Position numbers and translations under genes: made by a program. 64,000 nt of DNA from Clostridia bacterium (GTDB lineage Bacteria; Bacillota; Clostridia; Christensenellales; UBA1242): assembly GCA_017501645.1 (NCBI GenBank), contig JAFVWN010000060.1, forward strand, positions 91,063 to 155,062, given 5' to 3'. Below, in pieces: positions 1 to 9,757 of the stretch. Each line of letters opens with the position of its first letter. Within the stretch, counting starts at the first letter, position 1. The notes under the pieces were generated by a model. It saw only the letters and a program-made list of their open reading frames with translations, ran no database searches and had not been told where the DNA came from.

Positions 1-1016
1 CATTCATTTAAATTTGTTGTAGAAACATTAATTTTTGAGCGTAGAACATAGTTTGAACCGTTTTCGTGTGAAGCAAATACGAATACACAATCGCTTTCTA
101 TATGCGAAACTATTTGAATATCTACATATTTCCCTTTAGGAAGATTTAGTTTTTGAGGTTTTGTAAAGTTGTTGTTTTTTGAAGATAAATAATAACAGTC
201 TCCATTTTTGATGTAAACAACAATATTGCTTTCTCCAGAAATTATAGGGCTTGGACAAGCGTGAACAGTTGTTACATTAGAATCAATAAATGTTTCAGCC
301 AAATTATTAAAAGGTTTTAAGTGATACAAGTTTCCATCGGAATCAACTCTATAGAGAACAATTTCAGGTAAAATGTTGTTGGTTGGATAAAACTCCTGCG
401 TAAAGCAGTGACTTATTGCTGAAGTTAAAAATGTAAAACTTTCTTTTGGAATACTTTTTTCAGTCTGTTGTTGTGTAGTATAATAAATCTTATTGTCGTC
501 AATATATGATATTAATATAGAGTTATCTTTTTCTAGTTGAATAGCTTTTAACTCGATATCGGTGGATAATTCTGTGTTTTTTGCTCCCAGAACAATAATT
601 TTTGCAGATTTTAGTGTTGTAAGCGGTTGTTCATTTTGGGTATAAAATTCTAAGTAAGTATTAATTGTTTGGTTGGCAACGGGTGTAAATGTTTTGAATA
701 TAACAAAATCATTCTCACCTATATTGAGCTGTTTTATTTCTTCGTGAATAGTGGTGTTATTTACTACAATATTACATCCTATTTGTGTTTCTGTAATAGT
801 TGAAAAATTGACAACAATTTGAAAACAAATAGTTTTTTCGTTTTCAACATCTATTGGTGGTAAATGAACTTTAATGTTGGACAAATTTGTAATAAGTTCA
901 TTAATGTTAGGTTTGCTTATTTCTAAATATGAATTATGAGAATTTTCTGTTTTTGCGAGAGATATTTCTTTTTCTAAATCAACTATTTTAAGATAAGCTG
1001 TTTTACCGTAGTCCAT
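1..1016 (-). CDS. Phage structural-region protein, 5' part only (gene runs off left edge), function unknown
   Basis: Manual reverse-complement translation from ATG 1016-1014 (MDYGKTAYLKIVDLEKEISLAKTE...) stays open to position 1. An AGGAGGG RBS lies at 1024-1030, 7 nt upstream. It is missing from the ORF track because no stop lies in the window. Confidence 0.5.
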   Translation of the reverse strand, partial: MDYGKTAYLKIVDLEKEISLAKTENSHNSYLEISKPNINELITNLSNIKVHLPPIDVENEKTICFQIVVNFSTITETQIGCNIVVNNTTIHEEIKQLNIGENDFVIFKTFTPVANQTINTYLEFYTQNEQPLTTLKSAKIIVLGAKNTELSTDIELKAIQLEKDNSILISYIDDNKIYYTTQQQTEKSIPKESFTFLTSAISHCFTQEFYPTNNILPEIVLYRVDSDGNLYHLKPFNNLAETFIDSNVTTVHACPSPIISGESNIVVYIKNGDCYYLSSKNNNFTKPQKLNLPKGKYVDIQIVSHIESDCVFVFASHENGSNYVLRSKINVSTTNLNE

Positions 1017-1018
1017 TA

Positions 1019-2494
1019 TTATTCCCTCCTGTTAGTTGAACCAAACATAAACTTTAAATTCTTGATATTGCAATCTTTTTGGTTTGAGGACAGTTTAAAC
1101 CCAAAATTTATAAGAGGAATATTTACTCTTTTTATTGTTGTGTTTTTGCATAAAATTTCTGTAGTTTTATTATCGTGATAGATGGTTAAAATTGTTTCAT
1201 TTTCCGCATCAAGAAAAATCTTTTTTAATGTTTTTTGATGTTGGACGCCATTTAGATTGCTTATTGGAGAAGTCCATGTTTTATTGAAGGGTTCACCAAA
1301 ATAACAACCATCATTGTTTATTAGAGATAAACAAAAATCTTGTTCATTTATTGATCTAACAACAGCTAATACTCCTTGCAAATCATCACTTTTTAAACTT
1401 AATAGATTTTTTATTTCAATGTTGCCACATAGATTTTTAATTTGGTATTTATTAATATCAATTTGAAGTAAAGCATTGTTGTGTGAAGGTGTATCTTCAT
1501 CAAAAAATTTATATTTACAAGCAAGATAATAACTACCGTTGTGGTAACATGAGCAAACCAACTCGTTTGTTTGAAATGCTAAATTTTTTGAAATATTATT
1601 TAGTATTTTTGTTGTGTTAAGCCCATCAAATTTATAAAGCCCGTCACTGGCAAGAAAGATTATCTTGTCGCCACAAACACAAACGGAGTTTTCATAAATT
1701 TTCCCAGTAGAAACATAAAGATTGCTTACAGAAAAATTTTTTTGGTCGCCGTATGCTGAAATTCTTGAGATACCATTTTCCCTAAACACATATAAATAAT
1801 CACAGAAAGATACAACTTTTAAAAGAGCTCCCCTTTCATCAATTAATTCAATAAAGCCAGCATCATCAAGATTAATACTCCAATTAGTTGGGTCTAAATC
1901 ATCACTAAACCACACAGCCGATTTTTCTCCATCGACGGTTACAAAAAGTCTTTCGTAATGTATTTCCATTGATGATATTTTTGGTGCGTCAAGAACCTCA
2001 TAAGGAAGATCTTTTCCGTTCCAAACAATCATATTGTCTGTAATACTTGAAAATATCATAACATCTTCACCATTAAGCCTATATTGTTTTGCTACGGGAA
2101 TGCTGGTAAATGTTATGTTTCTTATAGACTTTAACTCAGGGTTTTCATCAAATAAAGAAATATAATAAATTGTCAATTCGTGATTAATAATAATAAGTTT
2201 GTCTTCTCTTGAATTTGTGTCTTTATTATAAATATAAAAATGAAAGACTTTTTCTATACTCCCTATTGAATCAATGTCTCTTTTTAAAGAGGTGTTGTTG
2301 CTTTTTAGTTGAGATATGAAATCGCAAAAACCAATTCCTTGTTTAAGGTTGCCATCATAAAAAGAAAAGTTTTTAATGTCATAAGCATATTCAATCGCTG
2401 TTTTTGATCTATCTGCCAGTGTGTTAACGCCATTATCAAAGGATTTTATTGATAGAAAGAATTTTGATTCGTTTGGGTAACGAGTTTTTGTCAT
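1019..2494 (-). CDS. Phage structural protein, 491 aa, beta-rich/propeller-like repeats (tail or adaptor candidate)
   Basis: Long ORF in the structural operon with an AGGAGG RBS 8 nt upstream. Its start overlaps the upstream stop (TAATG at 2494). It shows a recurring hydrophobic-strand pattern (LIIINHELTIYYISL, RLFVTVDGEKSAVWFSD, YLYVFRENGISRIS, KIIFLASDGLYKFDG). Confidence 0.6.
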   Translation of the reverse strand: MTKTRYPNESKFFLSIKSFDNGVNTLADRSKTAIEYAYDIKNFSFYDGNLKQGIGFCDFISQLKSNNTSLKRDIDSIGSIEKVFHFYIYNKDTNSREDKLIIINHELTIYYISLFDENPELKSIRNITFTSIPVAKQYRLNGEDVMIFSSITDNMIVWNGKDLPYEVLDAPKISSMEIHYERLFVTVDGEKSAVWFSDDLDPTNWSINLDDAGFIELIDERGALLKVVSFCDYLYVFRENGISRISAYGDQKNFSVSNLYVSTGKIYENSVCVCGDKIIFLASDGLYKFDGLNTTKILNNISKNLAFQTNELVCSCYHNGSYYLACKYKFFDEDTPSHNNALLQIDINKYQIKNLCGNIEIKNLLSLKSDDLQGVLAVVRSINEQDFCLSLINNDGCYFGEPFNKTWTSPISNLNGVQHQKTLKKIFLDAENETILTIYHDNKTTEILCKNTTIKRVNIPLINFGFKLSSNQKDCNIKNLKFMFGSTNRRE

Positions 2495-3063
2495 TAAGAA
2501 AGCCTCCTAGAATAGAATCGTCTTTCTCCATGTTTGCTTTTAATGTTTTCAAGTGAGTTTTTGAACTTACCCTCCCACATATCAGCCTCGTCATATAGTA
2601 GTCTTGACAAAGCATATTCACTAGCAACTCCATAAGAAACTGTCTCGTATCCAAGACCAAAAGGTAAGTCTAATTTCTGTTCTATAGTTTCAATTTTATT
2701 AGGAATGTAGTTGTATGTGATTTGATATTGTTGATTTGGAAAACCAACTTTAACAAATGAAGGGTAAAGATTAAAAGTTACGGGTTGATATGATTGGTTT
2801 TTGATTGATTTTATCGCAATTGGTGTTTTTGAAAAGTTGATAAAAGGAATTTCACAATTTTCGTTCGAATAAATATTTTCTGTATGTGATAAAGGTAAAT
2901 AGTTTTTTGTTATTTCTCTTACAACAAAATTTGTGAAAAGAATTAAATCTTCAATTTTATCACTTGTTTCTTTTGCTGTATTGTTGGTTGGTTCTTTGAT
3001 TTGATCAATAACATCAGTAAGTCCAAGTAAGGTTGCTGAAAGTTTAATAATATCTTTTGTCAT
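2494..3063 (-). CDS. Phage head-completion/connector-region protein, 189 aa (function unassigned)
   Basis: The ORF sits downstream of the coat gene in the same operon and is translationally coupled to the next gene. No diagnostic motif was found. Confidence 0.55.
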   Translation of the reverse strand: MTKDIIKLSATLLGLTDVIDQIKEPTNNTAKETSDKIEDLILFTNFVVREITKNYLPLSHTENIYSNENCEIPFINFSKTPIAIKSIKNQSYQPVTFNLYPSFVKVGFPNQQYQITYNYIPNKIETIEQKLDLPFGLGYETVSYGVASEYALSRLLYDEADMWEGKFKNSLENIKSKHGERRFYSRRLS

Positions 3064-3069
3064 TTTGTG

Positions 3070-3456
3070 TTAGTTCCTTATAATTTTTTGAATATCTTCT
3101 CTTGATAGAGACTGATTTTTAGATTGAGCAAATGTCATAATTTCTTTAAACATTTCATTTGCTTTATCAAAAGTTTTCGACTGCTTGTTTTTTTCGATTT
3201 TTTTGTTGTGAGCTTCGATTTCGTTCATTAGAGTTTTTATGTTTTTTGTGTTTGTTTTGATAAGTTGTTCAATTATTTTTGAGGTTGGATAATTCTTTAA
3301 TGTTAAACAAAGAGAATTTCTGCCTTTTGAAATGTCGTGAACTTCATATCTGTTTTTGATTATGTTGTAAAAAAGATAATAATATTTATTAATTTCTTTA
3401 ATTCTTTCGTTTATAAAATAAACATCATTGATTTGTTTAAGGTAAGGTTTTATCAT
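3070..3456 (-). CDS. Small K/E-rich helical phage protein, 128 aa
   Basis: ORF with an AGGAAG RBS. It lies directly after the coat gene and has lysine-rich, coiled-coil-like composition. Confidence 0.5.
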   Translation of the reverse strand: MIKPYLKQINDVYFINERIKEINKYYYLFYNIIKNRYEVHDISKGRNSLCLTLKNYPTSKIIEQLIKTNTKNIKTLMNEIEAHNKKIEKNKQSKTFDKANEMFKEIMTFAQSKNQSLSREDIQKIIRN

Positions 3457-3480
3457 AATTACTTCCTAAAACAACCATTT

Positions 3481-3501
3481 CCCCCGCAAATTTTGCGAGG
3501 G
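3481..3501 (-). terminator. Stem-loop immediately downstream of coat gene (possible partial terminator / mRNA stabiliser)
   Basis: The minus strand reads CCCTCGCAAAATTTGCGGGGG, a GC-rich hairpin with one bulge in otherwise AT-rich DNA. It is not followed by a clean U-run. Confidence 0.3.
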
Positions 3502-3516
3502 ATTTGGTTTTATTTA

Positions 3517-4713
3517 TTAAGATTCTTTAATTCCTGTCAACATTGCTTGACCGCTTGGTTTGTCACAAATGATATCTGCGTATTTTACGAGGGTAGCATT
3601 GTATGTAGGCTTATTTTGAGTTTGTTTAATTACTCTACCATCTTCACCTTCTAGCCATTGCCAATCGCAAAGTTGATGAAGATTAAAATCTTTTGTATTA
3701 AGCAAATACATTGTGTTTGGAGCGACAAATCTGTCACTTACTAAAGGGATGCCGTTGTAAGACATTGCTTTATAACCGCCTGCAAGTTCCATAATATCAA
3801 CATTTGTTCTATAGCTTGTAAAGTACTCTTGATAATTTCTCTTTACTCCTGCTGAACAAACAATAAAGTCAACCTTGCTATCTGCAACTTCTTCAAGTTG
3901 GTCAATTGCTGTTTGCATAACAACATCACTGATATCAGTAAATGTTGAATCTTTTGAAATGTCTTTAATGTAAGGAATCATCCAGCTATATGTAGAACGA
4001 TTGAGTCCATATAAAGAACCTGAATCTTTAAAGATTGCAGAAAGACCTGTGATTTCTTTGCCATATGAACCTTGTACGCAAAGTGCATATGTAGTAGAAT
4101 CAGGTTCTAAGCTTCCAGCTGATAAAATACCGGAAACCGTCGCTGTTTTTGTGGCTCTGTTAATTGAAGTGATTCTTAGTGAAGTTGCGTTTTGCACAGG
4201 GGCTCCAGTTGATGCATCAACAACATCAACTAACATTCCTTCAATAATGTTTTTTACATTATCAACTGTGATTGTGTTAGTTGTATTAGCTGTGATATTT
4301 GCCAAGATGCCAGAGCCGTCACCATAAAGCATTCTGCCAAAGTTGAAAGCACTTGCTTTGATAAGACCTTCCATTTCTGCGTTAAGCAAGTTTACGAATG
4401 CGCCTGCTGAACTTTGAGAAGCTCTTACTGCTTTATCACTAATTTCGATTTTTCCGTATAGGTTTTTTAATTCAAGAACAAATTGAGCATAAGTGTTGCC
4501 GGCGGCGTTTGGAAGTTGTCCGTCTTCATCCCCCGCACCAATACCTCCGTTAATTCCATATGGGGCAAGTTTACGGATTTCTTTACCCCAAACATCACTT
4601 GTTGTTTGATTAATTCTAGCTAAAAGAGGATTGATTGAGGTGTTAAGTTGATCTGCAACAACACCAAGATAAACCTCTTTTAAAGCATTATCTGCTGTTT
4701 GTAAAGTTACCAT
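3517..4713 (-). CDS. Major capsid (coat) protein, HK97-fold / P22-coat-like, 398 aa
   Basis: It sits after portal and scaffold and has a strong AAAGGAGA RBS. Its size and sequence character are typical of coat proteins (MVTLQTADNALKEVYLG...GRMLYGDGSG...). Confidence 0.7.
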   Translation of the reverse strand: MVTLQTADNALKEVYLGVVADQLNTSINPLLARINQTTSDVWGKEIRKLAPYGINGGIGAGDEDGQLPNAAGNTYAQFVLELKNLYGKIEISDKAVRASQSSAGAFVNLLNAEMEGLIKASAFNFGRMLYGDGSGILANITANTTNTITVDNVKNIIEGMLVDVVDASTGAPVQNATSLRITSINRATKTATVSGILSAGSLEPDSTTYALCVQGSYGKEITGLSAIFKDSGSLYGLNRSTYSWMIPYIKDISKDSTFTDISDVVMQTAIDQLEEVADSKVDFIVCSAGVKRNYQEYFTSYRTNVDIMELAGGYKAMSYNGIPLVSDRFVAPNTMYLLNTKDFNLHQLCDWQWLEGEDGRVIKQTQNKPTYNATLVKYADIICDKPSGQAMLTGIKES

Positions 4714-4778
4714 TATTTCTCCTTTAAATAATAAATATGTCGTGTTTTTTAATTGTTTTTATGTTAATTTTGCGTTTT

Positions 4779-5465
4779 TTATGATTGTAATAGTTTTTTG
4801 AATATTTGAGAGGCCTCTTGTAAATTTTTAGGTTTTTCAGTTTTTTGAACCAAAGAAATTGAGTTTGGTTCACCACTGATTATGTGCAGATTGTTTTTGT
4901 TTGAATTTATCTTTAAAAGATAATCGTTGATTATTTTTGCTTTTACTTTTTCATTGTTAACAATCTGCTCAAAGTATTCTGGATTATCTAAAGAATTAGC
5001 AGGTTTTACTTTTTCGCTTTCAGCTAAAGCTTTTGCAAAAGCGTATTGTAAACAGTTTTTATTTTTAGCAAGTTCCTTATCATCAATAAGAATTTTAGAA
5101 ATTTCTTTTGCATACTCTCGAGCATTAGGTACAGTATTAAAAAAACTAGAGACATTAGTGTGCCAATCTTTTTGTTTATAAACTTCTGTAATTTTTACCT
5201 CTTGCTCTAAGTTTTTGGTGTCTGTTGTTTTTGTTTCGTTTGTTGTATTTTCTTTTAATAATGCTGAAAGTTTTTGGCTTTTTCTTGTAAATTCTTTTTC
5301 AAGATTTTCATATGCGTTGAGTAAACTTGTTGCGTCTTTAAATTTTCCAAAACTGGAGCTGTTATTGTTGGTCATAAAATTGTCCTTTTCTATTTCGATT
5401 GGTTCGTTTACCTCGACCTGTACACCAACATCTAACGGTTGTTCCATTGTTTGATTGTTTTCCAT
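4779..5465 (-). CDS. Scaffolding protein (putative), 228 aa
   Basis: It lies between the portal and coat genes and has an acidic/lysine-rich helical composition. No protease motifs were seen. Confidence 0.5.
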   Translation of the reverse strand: MENNQTMEQPLDVGVQVEVNEPIEIEKDNFMTNNNSSSFGKFKDATSLLNAYENLEKEFTRKSQKLSALLKENTTNETKTTDTKNLEQEVKITEVYKQKDWHTNVSSFFNTVPNAREYAKEISKILIDDKELAKNKNCLQYAFAKALAESEKVKPANSLDNPEYFEQIVNNEKVKAKIINDYLLKINSNKNNLHIISGEPNSISLVQKTEKPKNLQEASQIFKKLLQS

Positions 5466-5469
5466 ATTG

Positions 5470-7428
5470 TTATTCCTTATTAAATTTTAATTTTAAATAG
5501 TTTTCTTTTTCAATTTGGTCAAGAGCATATTTCATTGATTTATGTGCTAAAATATGACTATATAATTTTTTAATATGTTCACTTGATGCGGATTTTGCTT
5601 CGTTTGATAATACATATTTTGTGTGTTCTTCAATATGAATGTCGTGGTCATCTATTTCAAGAGGGGTTATTTCTTCAATACCCAAGTTTTCTTTTGTTGC
5701 TTTTTTGATATGTATATTAGAAACCTCGCTTAAATTTTCCCAGACTCCTAAACCAAGAGCTTCGATTAATTTTGCTCTATTCCTGTTTGAGAGTTTTCCG
5801 TTTTCATCATAGAATAGTCCATTTCTGTAAAGGTCAAGAAGCATATTTTTTCGTTGTGCTGGAGATTCCGTTAATTCATTAATTGTATCAAGAACTACAT
5901 CATCACTAGTAAGTTCACTACCATTCCAGTAATACAGTTCAATATCTCCCCTGTCATCACTGGTTTTGCTGAGTCTTTGTGTATTTGCAAATTGTTTGTA
6001 AAGACGAATAATAAATTGAGCAATTTTCTTCACAGCGTTTCTTATATATTCAGCAGTTACAGAGAGTCTTGTTTCATCTTGCTCAATAATTAAGCTTAAT
6101 GCCGCTCCGCTTGTTATTGATGACGGAATCGAGCTGTCACGCATAAGTTCACTGACGCCACTAACTGTTATAAATTCATTTAGCAGTCTATCTTCTTCAT
6201 TATTAAACTCGTTTGGTATTGAGCCACCGTCAATAAATCTTGGAGGAGTGCTCCCATTTCTGTAAACAACAATTTTTCCAGGAGCTAACCCCTCTTCTTC
6301 TATATTATCAATATCAACAGAGCCATCTTCTACAGCTAGCACACCTGCTGAAAGTCTTGCCATAAATTCGTGTTTTCTGTTCTTTATGGCGTTATAACTT
6401 CTTTGAATTGGTATACACCTTTCAATTACGCTTGTACCCCAGAAACTCCCTATTTGATTAATTGATACTTGTTTAATAAAAGGAAAAGTTTTAGTGTTAT
6501 TTTCTCCAATACTAAATGGTAAAACGCCATCATAAACAAGCTTATCTCCGGCGATAATTGTGAGTCTTCCATCTGGGTGTTTTTCGGTTGGTTTTTGATA
6601 TTTTTCAATCACTAAAATATGATCGTGTTTTAATGAATGAGCAAGCTTGGTGATATTACTATTGCCAGTCACTGCACCACGGGTTAAAATATTCTCAAAA
6701 GATAATATGTCTATATCTTTTCCTTCAAGTTTAACATTCCATAATTCTTCAACCTTTTTTGAGGGGTAAGCCCTTGCGTGGATTATACTTTCACAATTAT
6801 CAACATCAAGAGACCCTGAAGAATCTGGATATATTTCAAAAGGAGGACAAACTGAAACTGAGATGTCTCCGTTGCGAATTTCTTTTCCGTTAGTTGATGC
6901 CACTGGATCGCCGTAATTGTCATTCCAAATCACCTTATAAAATGCGGTGCCTGTTATTTCACTCCACACCGTTGCGTTTGATATAAGTTCACTTAGATTA
7001 ATTTTGTTTGTGGTGTTTGAAAGAATGGCTTTTGATAATTTAGCACAATATATATCTTCTTGTTCATTGCCAATAGGCCTCACAGAAACGGTTGGCCTGA
7101 CCTTGTTAAGCTTTGCAAGTCTTGACTCAATAATTGGTGCAATGTGGTTGTAAACTTCTCGCTCTTCCCAATAATAATTTTTTGGAGATTGTTCAATTTC
7201 TCCTGTAAGATTAATGCAAGAATATTGGTTTCCAAGCATAAAGTTCATATTAAGTTCCCATGTTAATTCGTGGGGTCTTCGTTCCTCTTTTCTTCTTTCA
7301 AAATCCTCTAAAATATCACTAACAATTAATTTGTCTTCGTACTCATTGTAATAGTAATTTTCGTTTTTTTGATTGTTTTTGAGGTTGTTTTTAGTTGTTT
7401 TTGCGTTTTTTGTTGTGTTTTTCATCAT
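5470..7428 (-). CDS. Portal protein, 652 aa
   Basis: Size and position fit a portal. The N-terminal segment ...ERRKEERRPHELTWELNMNFMLGNQY... resembles portal families. It is coupled to the upstream ORF (TAAATGATG). Confidence 0.75.
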   Translation of the reverse strand: MMKNTTKNAKTTKNNLKNNQKNENYYYNEYEDKLIVSDILEDFERRKEERRPHELTWELNMNFMLGNQYSCINLTGEIEQSPKNYYWEEREVYNHIAPIIESRLAKLNKVRPTVSVRPIGNEQEDIYCAKLSKAILSNTTNKINLSELISNATVWSEITGTAFYKVIWNDNYGDPVASTNGKEIRNGDISVSVCPPFEIYPDSSGSLDVDNCESIIHARAYPSKKVEELWNVKLEGKDIDILSFENILTRGAVTGNSNITKLAHSLKHDHILVIEKYQKPTEKHPDGRLTIIAGDKLVYDGVLPFSIGENNTKTFPFIKQVSINQIGSFWGTSVIERCIPIQRSYNAIKNRKHEFMARLSAGVLAVEDGSVDIDNIEEEGLAPGKIVVYRNGSTPPRFIDGGSIPNEFNNEEDRLLNEFITVSGVSELMRDSSIPSSITSGAALSLIIEQDETRLSVTAEYIRNAVKKIAQFIIRLYKQFANTQRLSKTSDDRGDIELYYWNGSELTSDDVVLDTINELTESPAQRKNMLLDLYRNGLFYDENGKLSNRNRAKLIEALGLGVWENLSEVSNIHIKKATKENLGIEEITPLEIDDHDIHIEEHTKYVLSNEAKSASSEHIKKLYSHILAHKSMKYALDQIEKENYLKLKFNKE

Positions 7429-7623
7429 TTATTTGTTTCCTTTTATTTCTTTAGCTGAATATTCTTTTTTTATTTTAAGCATAAGATTATATAAGTTTTT
7501 AAAACACTCTTCGCAAAGGTAAATTGAACCTTTGTATGAAGAAGTATTAATGTTAAACATTGCCATTTTATGACAAGAGGCTGTGTCGCATCTTATGTTT
7601 TTTAATGTTTTTTCAATCAGCAT
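7429..7623 (-). CDS. Small zinc-ribbon-like protein, 64 aa
   Basis: It carries C-x4-C ... C-x2-C (CDTASC ... CEEC) and has a strong GAGGAGG RBS. Confidence 0.5.
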   Translation of the reverse strand: MLIEKTLKNIRCDTASCHKMAMFNINTSSYKGSIYLCEECFKNLYNLMLKIKKEYSAKEIKGNK

Positions 7624-7624
7624 A

Positions 7625-8017
7625 TTAATCCTCCTCTTTTAATTTTTCAATTAATTGGTTTTTTAAATTAATTAGTTCTTGGTATTCTAGTTTTTCTAAT
7701 TCGTTGCCAGAGTCTATCTTTTTCCCATAAATTTCAACAAGCATTTTAACAGCAAGCAGATCAGGCGGAATATAGTGCGTGGTAACTTTTTTCTTAGATA
7801 AAGTAAGTTTATTTTCTTTGTTTTGTTCTCTTTCACATCTTGTTTCGCTCTCCATTTTGTTTGTTTTGTTTTCAGCATCTTCAGTTGTTATTACTTTTTT
7901 TGTCTTTCCGTCTTCAGTTGTGTATTCAAGAATCTCTTCATTGTAGAAAAAGCCTTCAGCTTTTTTTATAAGGACATTTTTAATTTTTTCATATAAATCC
8001 GTATTTTGTTTTTTCAT
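7625..8017 (-). CDS. Hypothetical 130-aa protein, possible small terminase subunit
   Basis: The segment ...HYIPPDLLAVKML... weakly resembles the PPD..A..(F)WLKNR motif of some small terminases. The C-terminus is coiled-coil-like. It is preceded by the 16-nt element plus a -10-like hexamer. Confidence 0.3.
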   Translation of the reverse strand: MKKQNTDLYEKIKNVLIKKAEGFFYNEEILEYTTEDGKTKKVITTEDAENKTNKMESETRCEREQNKENKLTLSKKKVTTHYIPPDLLAVKMLVEIYGKKIDSGNELEKLEYQELINLKNQLIEKLKEED

Positions 8018-8050
8018 AATTTCTCTTTTTGTTGCTTTTTATATAAGTCC

Positions 8051-8091
8051 ACTATACAACAACATTTTTAAAAGCGAGCTCAAGTGTGACA
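8051..8091 (-). promoter_or_regulatory. Conserved 16-nt element (plus strand GAGCTCAAGTGTGACA, 8076-8091) + -10-like TATAGT (8051-8056), copy 1
   Basis: This is an exact 16-nt match to 11619-11634, and the spacing to the -10-like hexamer is the same 19 nt. It lies about 60 nt upstream of the 8017 start codon. Confidence 0.5.
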
Positions 8092-8107
8092 GTTTTGAGC
8101 AAAAAAA

Positions 8108-9565
8108 TTAAGAAAAATATTTTCTTTGCCTTAAAATCTGTTTGTATAGTTTTTCTTTGTTTCTTTGGATTTCGGTTTTTTCTTTGTTTACTTGAGGAGG
8201 CTCAGGTCTACTCATAATGTAATAGCGAAGTTCGTCTAATGCGTGATCATCTAGTTTTATTGGTTTATCCCCGTCTCCCCAATAATAACTTTTTAGTTCT
8301 CTAATGAGATTTGTACAAGATGAAAAAATGAATAATTTAGATTGGCCTTGAGCATTTTTTAAGTAGGTTTTTACTCTAGATATTCCTGCGAATAAGTCTT
8401 TATTTACATTGGGATTTACTGCTATGCCGTTTTCAAAAAACAACTCTGTTACACTTTTATTTGATGCTAAAGTTTTTTGGTTTGCAGCACTATCAATAAG
8501 AGCTTCAAGCCTTCCGTCTTTTCTATGCTTCCAGTTAAGATTTTTTGCAATTTCTTTTATTTTTTGTGCGTGATAATCAACGGTTTTTCCAGCTTCAAAA
8601 TGTTCAGCTATAACATAAATGTTTCCGTCATAGTCGCAAGCGTAAAAATGTGCAGATAAAGGATTGTTGAGACCTGGGTCTATAGAAATTTGGTCGTGGT
8701 ATTCTGGTGGTATTTCAAAAGGTTCTATTATATGAATGTTTGGGTCGAATTCTTTATATACAGCACTTTTGTTGTTTGATAGAAATTTTCCGTATCTTCT
8801 TGCTGTTAACTCTTCTTGGCTCATAGAGGCTGTCAGTCTATTTAATTCGTCATTACTAAGATATGGATTGTCTGCCCATTCCATAAAAATACAATATACT
8901 TCAGGATCATTTTGACTGTTTAGATATATTTGGTCATAAATATAAGTTTGGCCTTTGAGCGGTGTCATTGTTCCAAAAATATCACCACACTTATCAAGCA
9001 CCCTCATCTTGCATTCGTTATAAATATCTTCAGGAGGCTCTTCGTCAAACCACACAAAATCAAGGGATGTTCCTTGAAATTTTTCTCTTCCCTCTTCGCA
9101 AGATTTGAATGAAATTCTTGAGAGTCCGCCAAAAACATTTTTAATCACAATTGTGTCAATTACGCCAAACTCTGGACTATTCTTTTTCCCTGTATTCATA
9201 ATTATTTCTTCTATATAAGACTTGTCGAGATATTTCAAAATTTTATCTTGAGCTACTTCTTTTTGTACTTTTGTAGACAGGCTGACAACCCACCCGAAAA
9301 CATCTTTCTTATTTGTTCTGTAAGGATGGTTTCCCCTTGCTAGCCAAATGCTTTCAACAGCTCCACATTCAGTTTTCCCGCTTCTATTTCCTCCAAAAAC
9401 CCAGCGATTTCTTTTTGTATTTTTATGAAAATCCACTTGTTTTTTATGGACAATTTTCCCTGTATTATATTTTGATAAAGGGTTGTTTTTTCTTCTGTAT
9501 ATCTCTTGTGAAATGTTTGATATTTGATTAATTTGTTCAATAATTTTTGCTTTGTTTTGTTCCAT
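8108..9565 (-). CDS. terL: Terminase large subunit
   Basis: It has Walker A GGNRSGKT, Walker B LDFVWFDEE, and nuclease Asp motifs (ISIDPG, LIDSAANQ, DDHALDELRYY). The ORF is open to a TTG at 9622, but ATG 9565 (MEQNKAKII...) is preferred. Confidence 0.85.
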   Translation of the reverse strand: MEQNKAKIIEQINQISNISQEIYRRKNNPLSKYNTGKIVHKKQVDFHKNTKRNRWVFGGNRSGKTECGAVESIWLARGNHPYRTNKKDVFGWVVSLSTKVQKEVAQDKILKYLDKSYIEEIIMNTGKKNSPEFGVIDTIVIKNVFGGLSRISFKSCEEGREKFQGTSLDFVWFDEEPPEDIYNECKMRVLDKCGDIFGTMTPLKGQTYIYDQIYLNSQNDPEVYCIFMEWADNPYLSNDELNRLTASMSQEELTARRYGKFLSNNKSAVYKEFDPNIHIIEPFEIPPEYHDQISIDPGLNNPLSAHFYACDYDGNIYVIAEHFEAGKTVDYHAQKIKEIAKNLNWKHRKDGRLEALIDSAANQKTLASNKSVTELFFENGIAVNPNVNKDLFAGISRVKTYLKNAQGQSKLFIFSSCTNLIRELKSYYWGDGDKPIKLDDHALDELRYYIMSRPEPPQVNKEKTEIQRNKEKLYKQILRQRKYFS

Positions 9566-9757
9566 ATTTTTCCCGCTTTTTTTACTAAAAATATCTACAT
9601 ATGTTTTATTAAAAAAATGCAAAATGAAAATAAAATAGTTAAAAAATCAACAAATATGATGTATTTTTACAAAATATAACAATAAAAATGCATTTTTTTA
9701 TAAATTAAAATATTTTTTTATTAGTGTTTGTTTTATATATTTAGACAAAATACTTTT

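Noticed and set aside
2436-5454. ORF-track entries 2436-2660, 3337-3654, 4001-4327, 4927-5181 and 5215-5454, plus similar ones at 6947-7153, 8477-8659, 8930-9112, 9313-9540 and 10342-11284.
   Set aside because: Each is antisense to, or out of frame with, a better-supported phage or regulator gene. None has a start context or a recognisable motif.
8095-8100. TTGAGC inside the 16-nt element read as a standard sigma-70 -35 box.
   Set aside because: The distance to the conserved -10-like hexamer is 21 nt at both loci, outside the 16-18 nt window. The element is better explained as an activator or alternative-sigma site.
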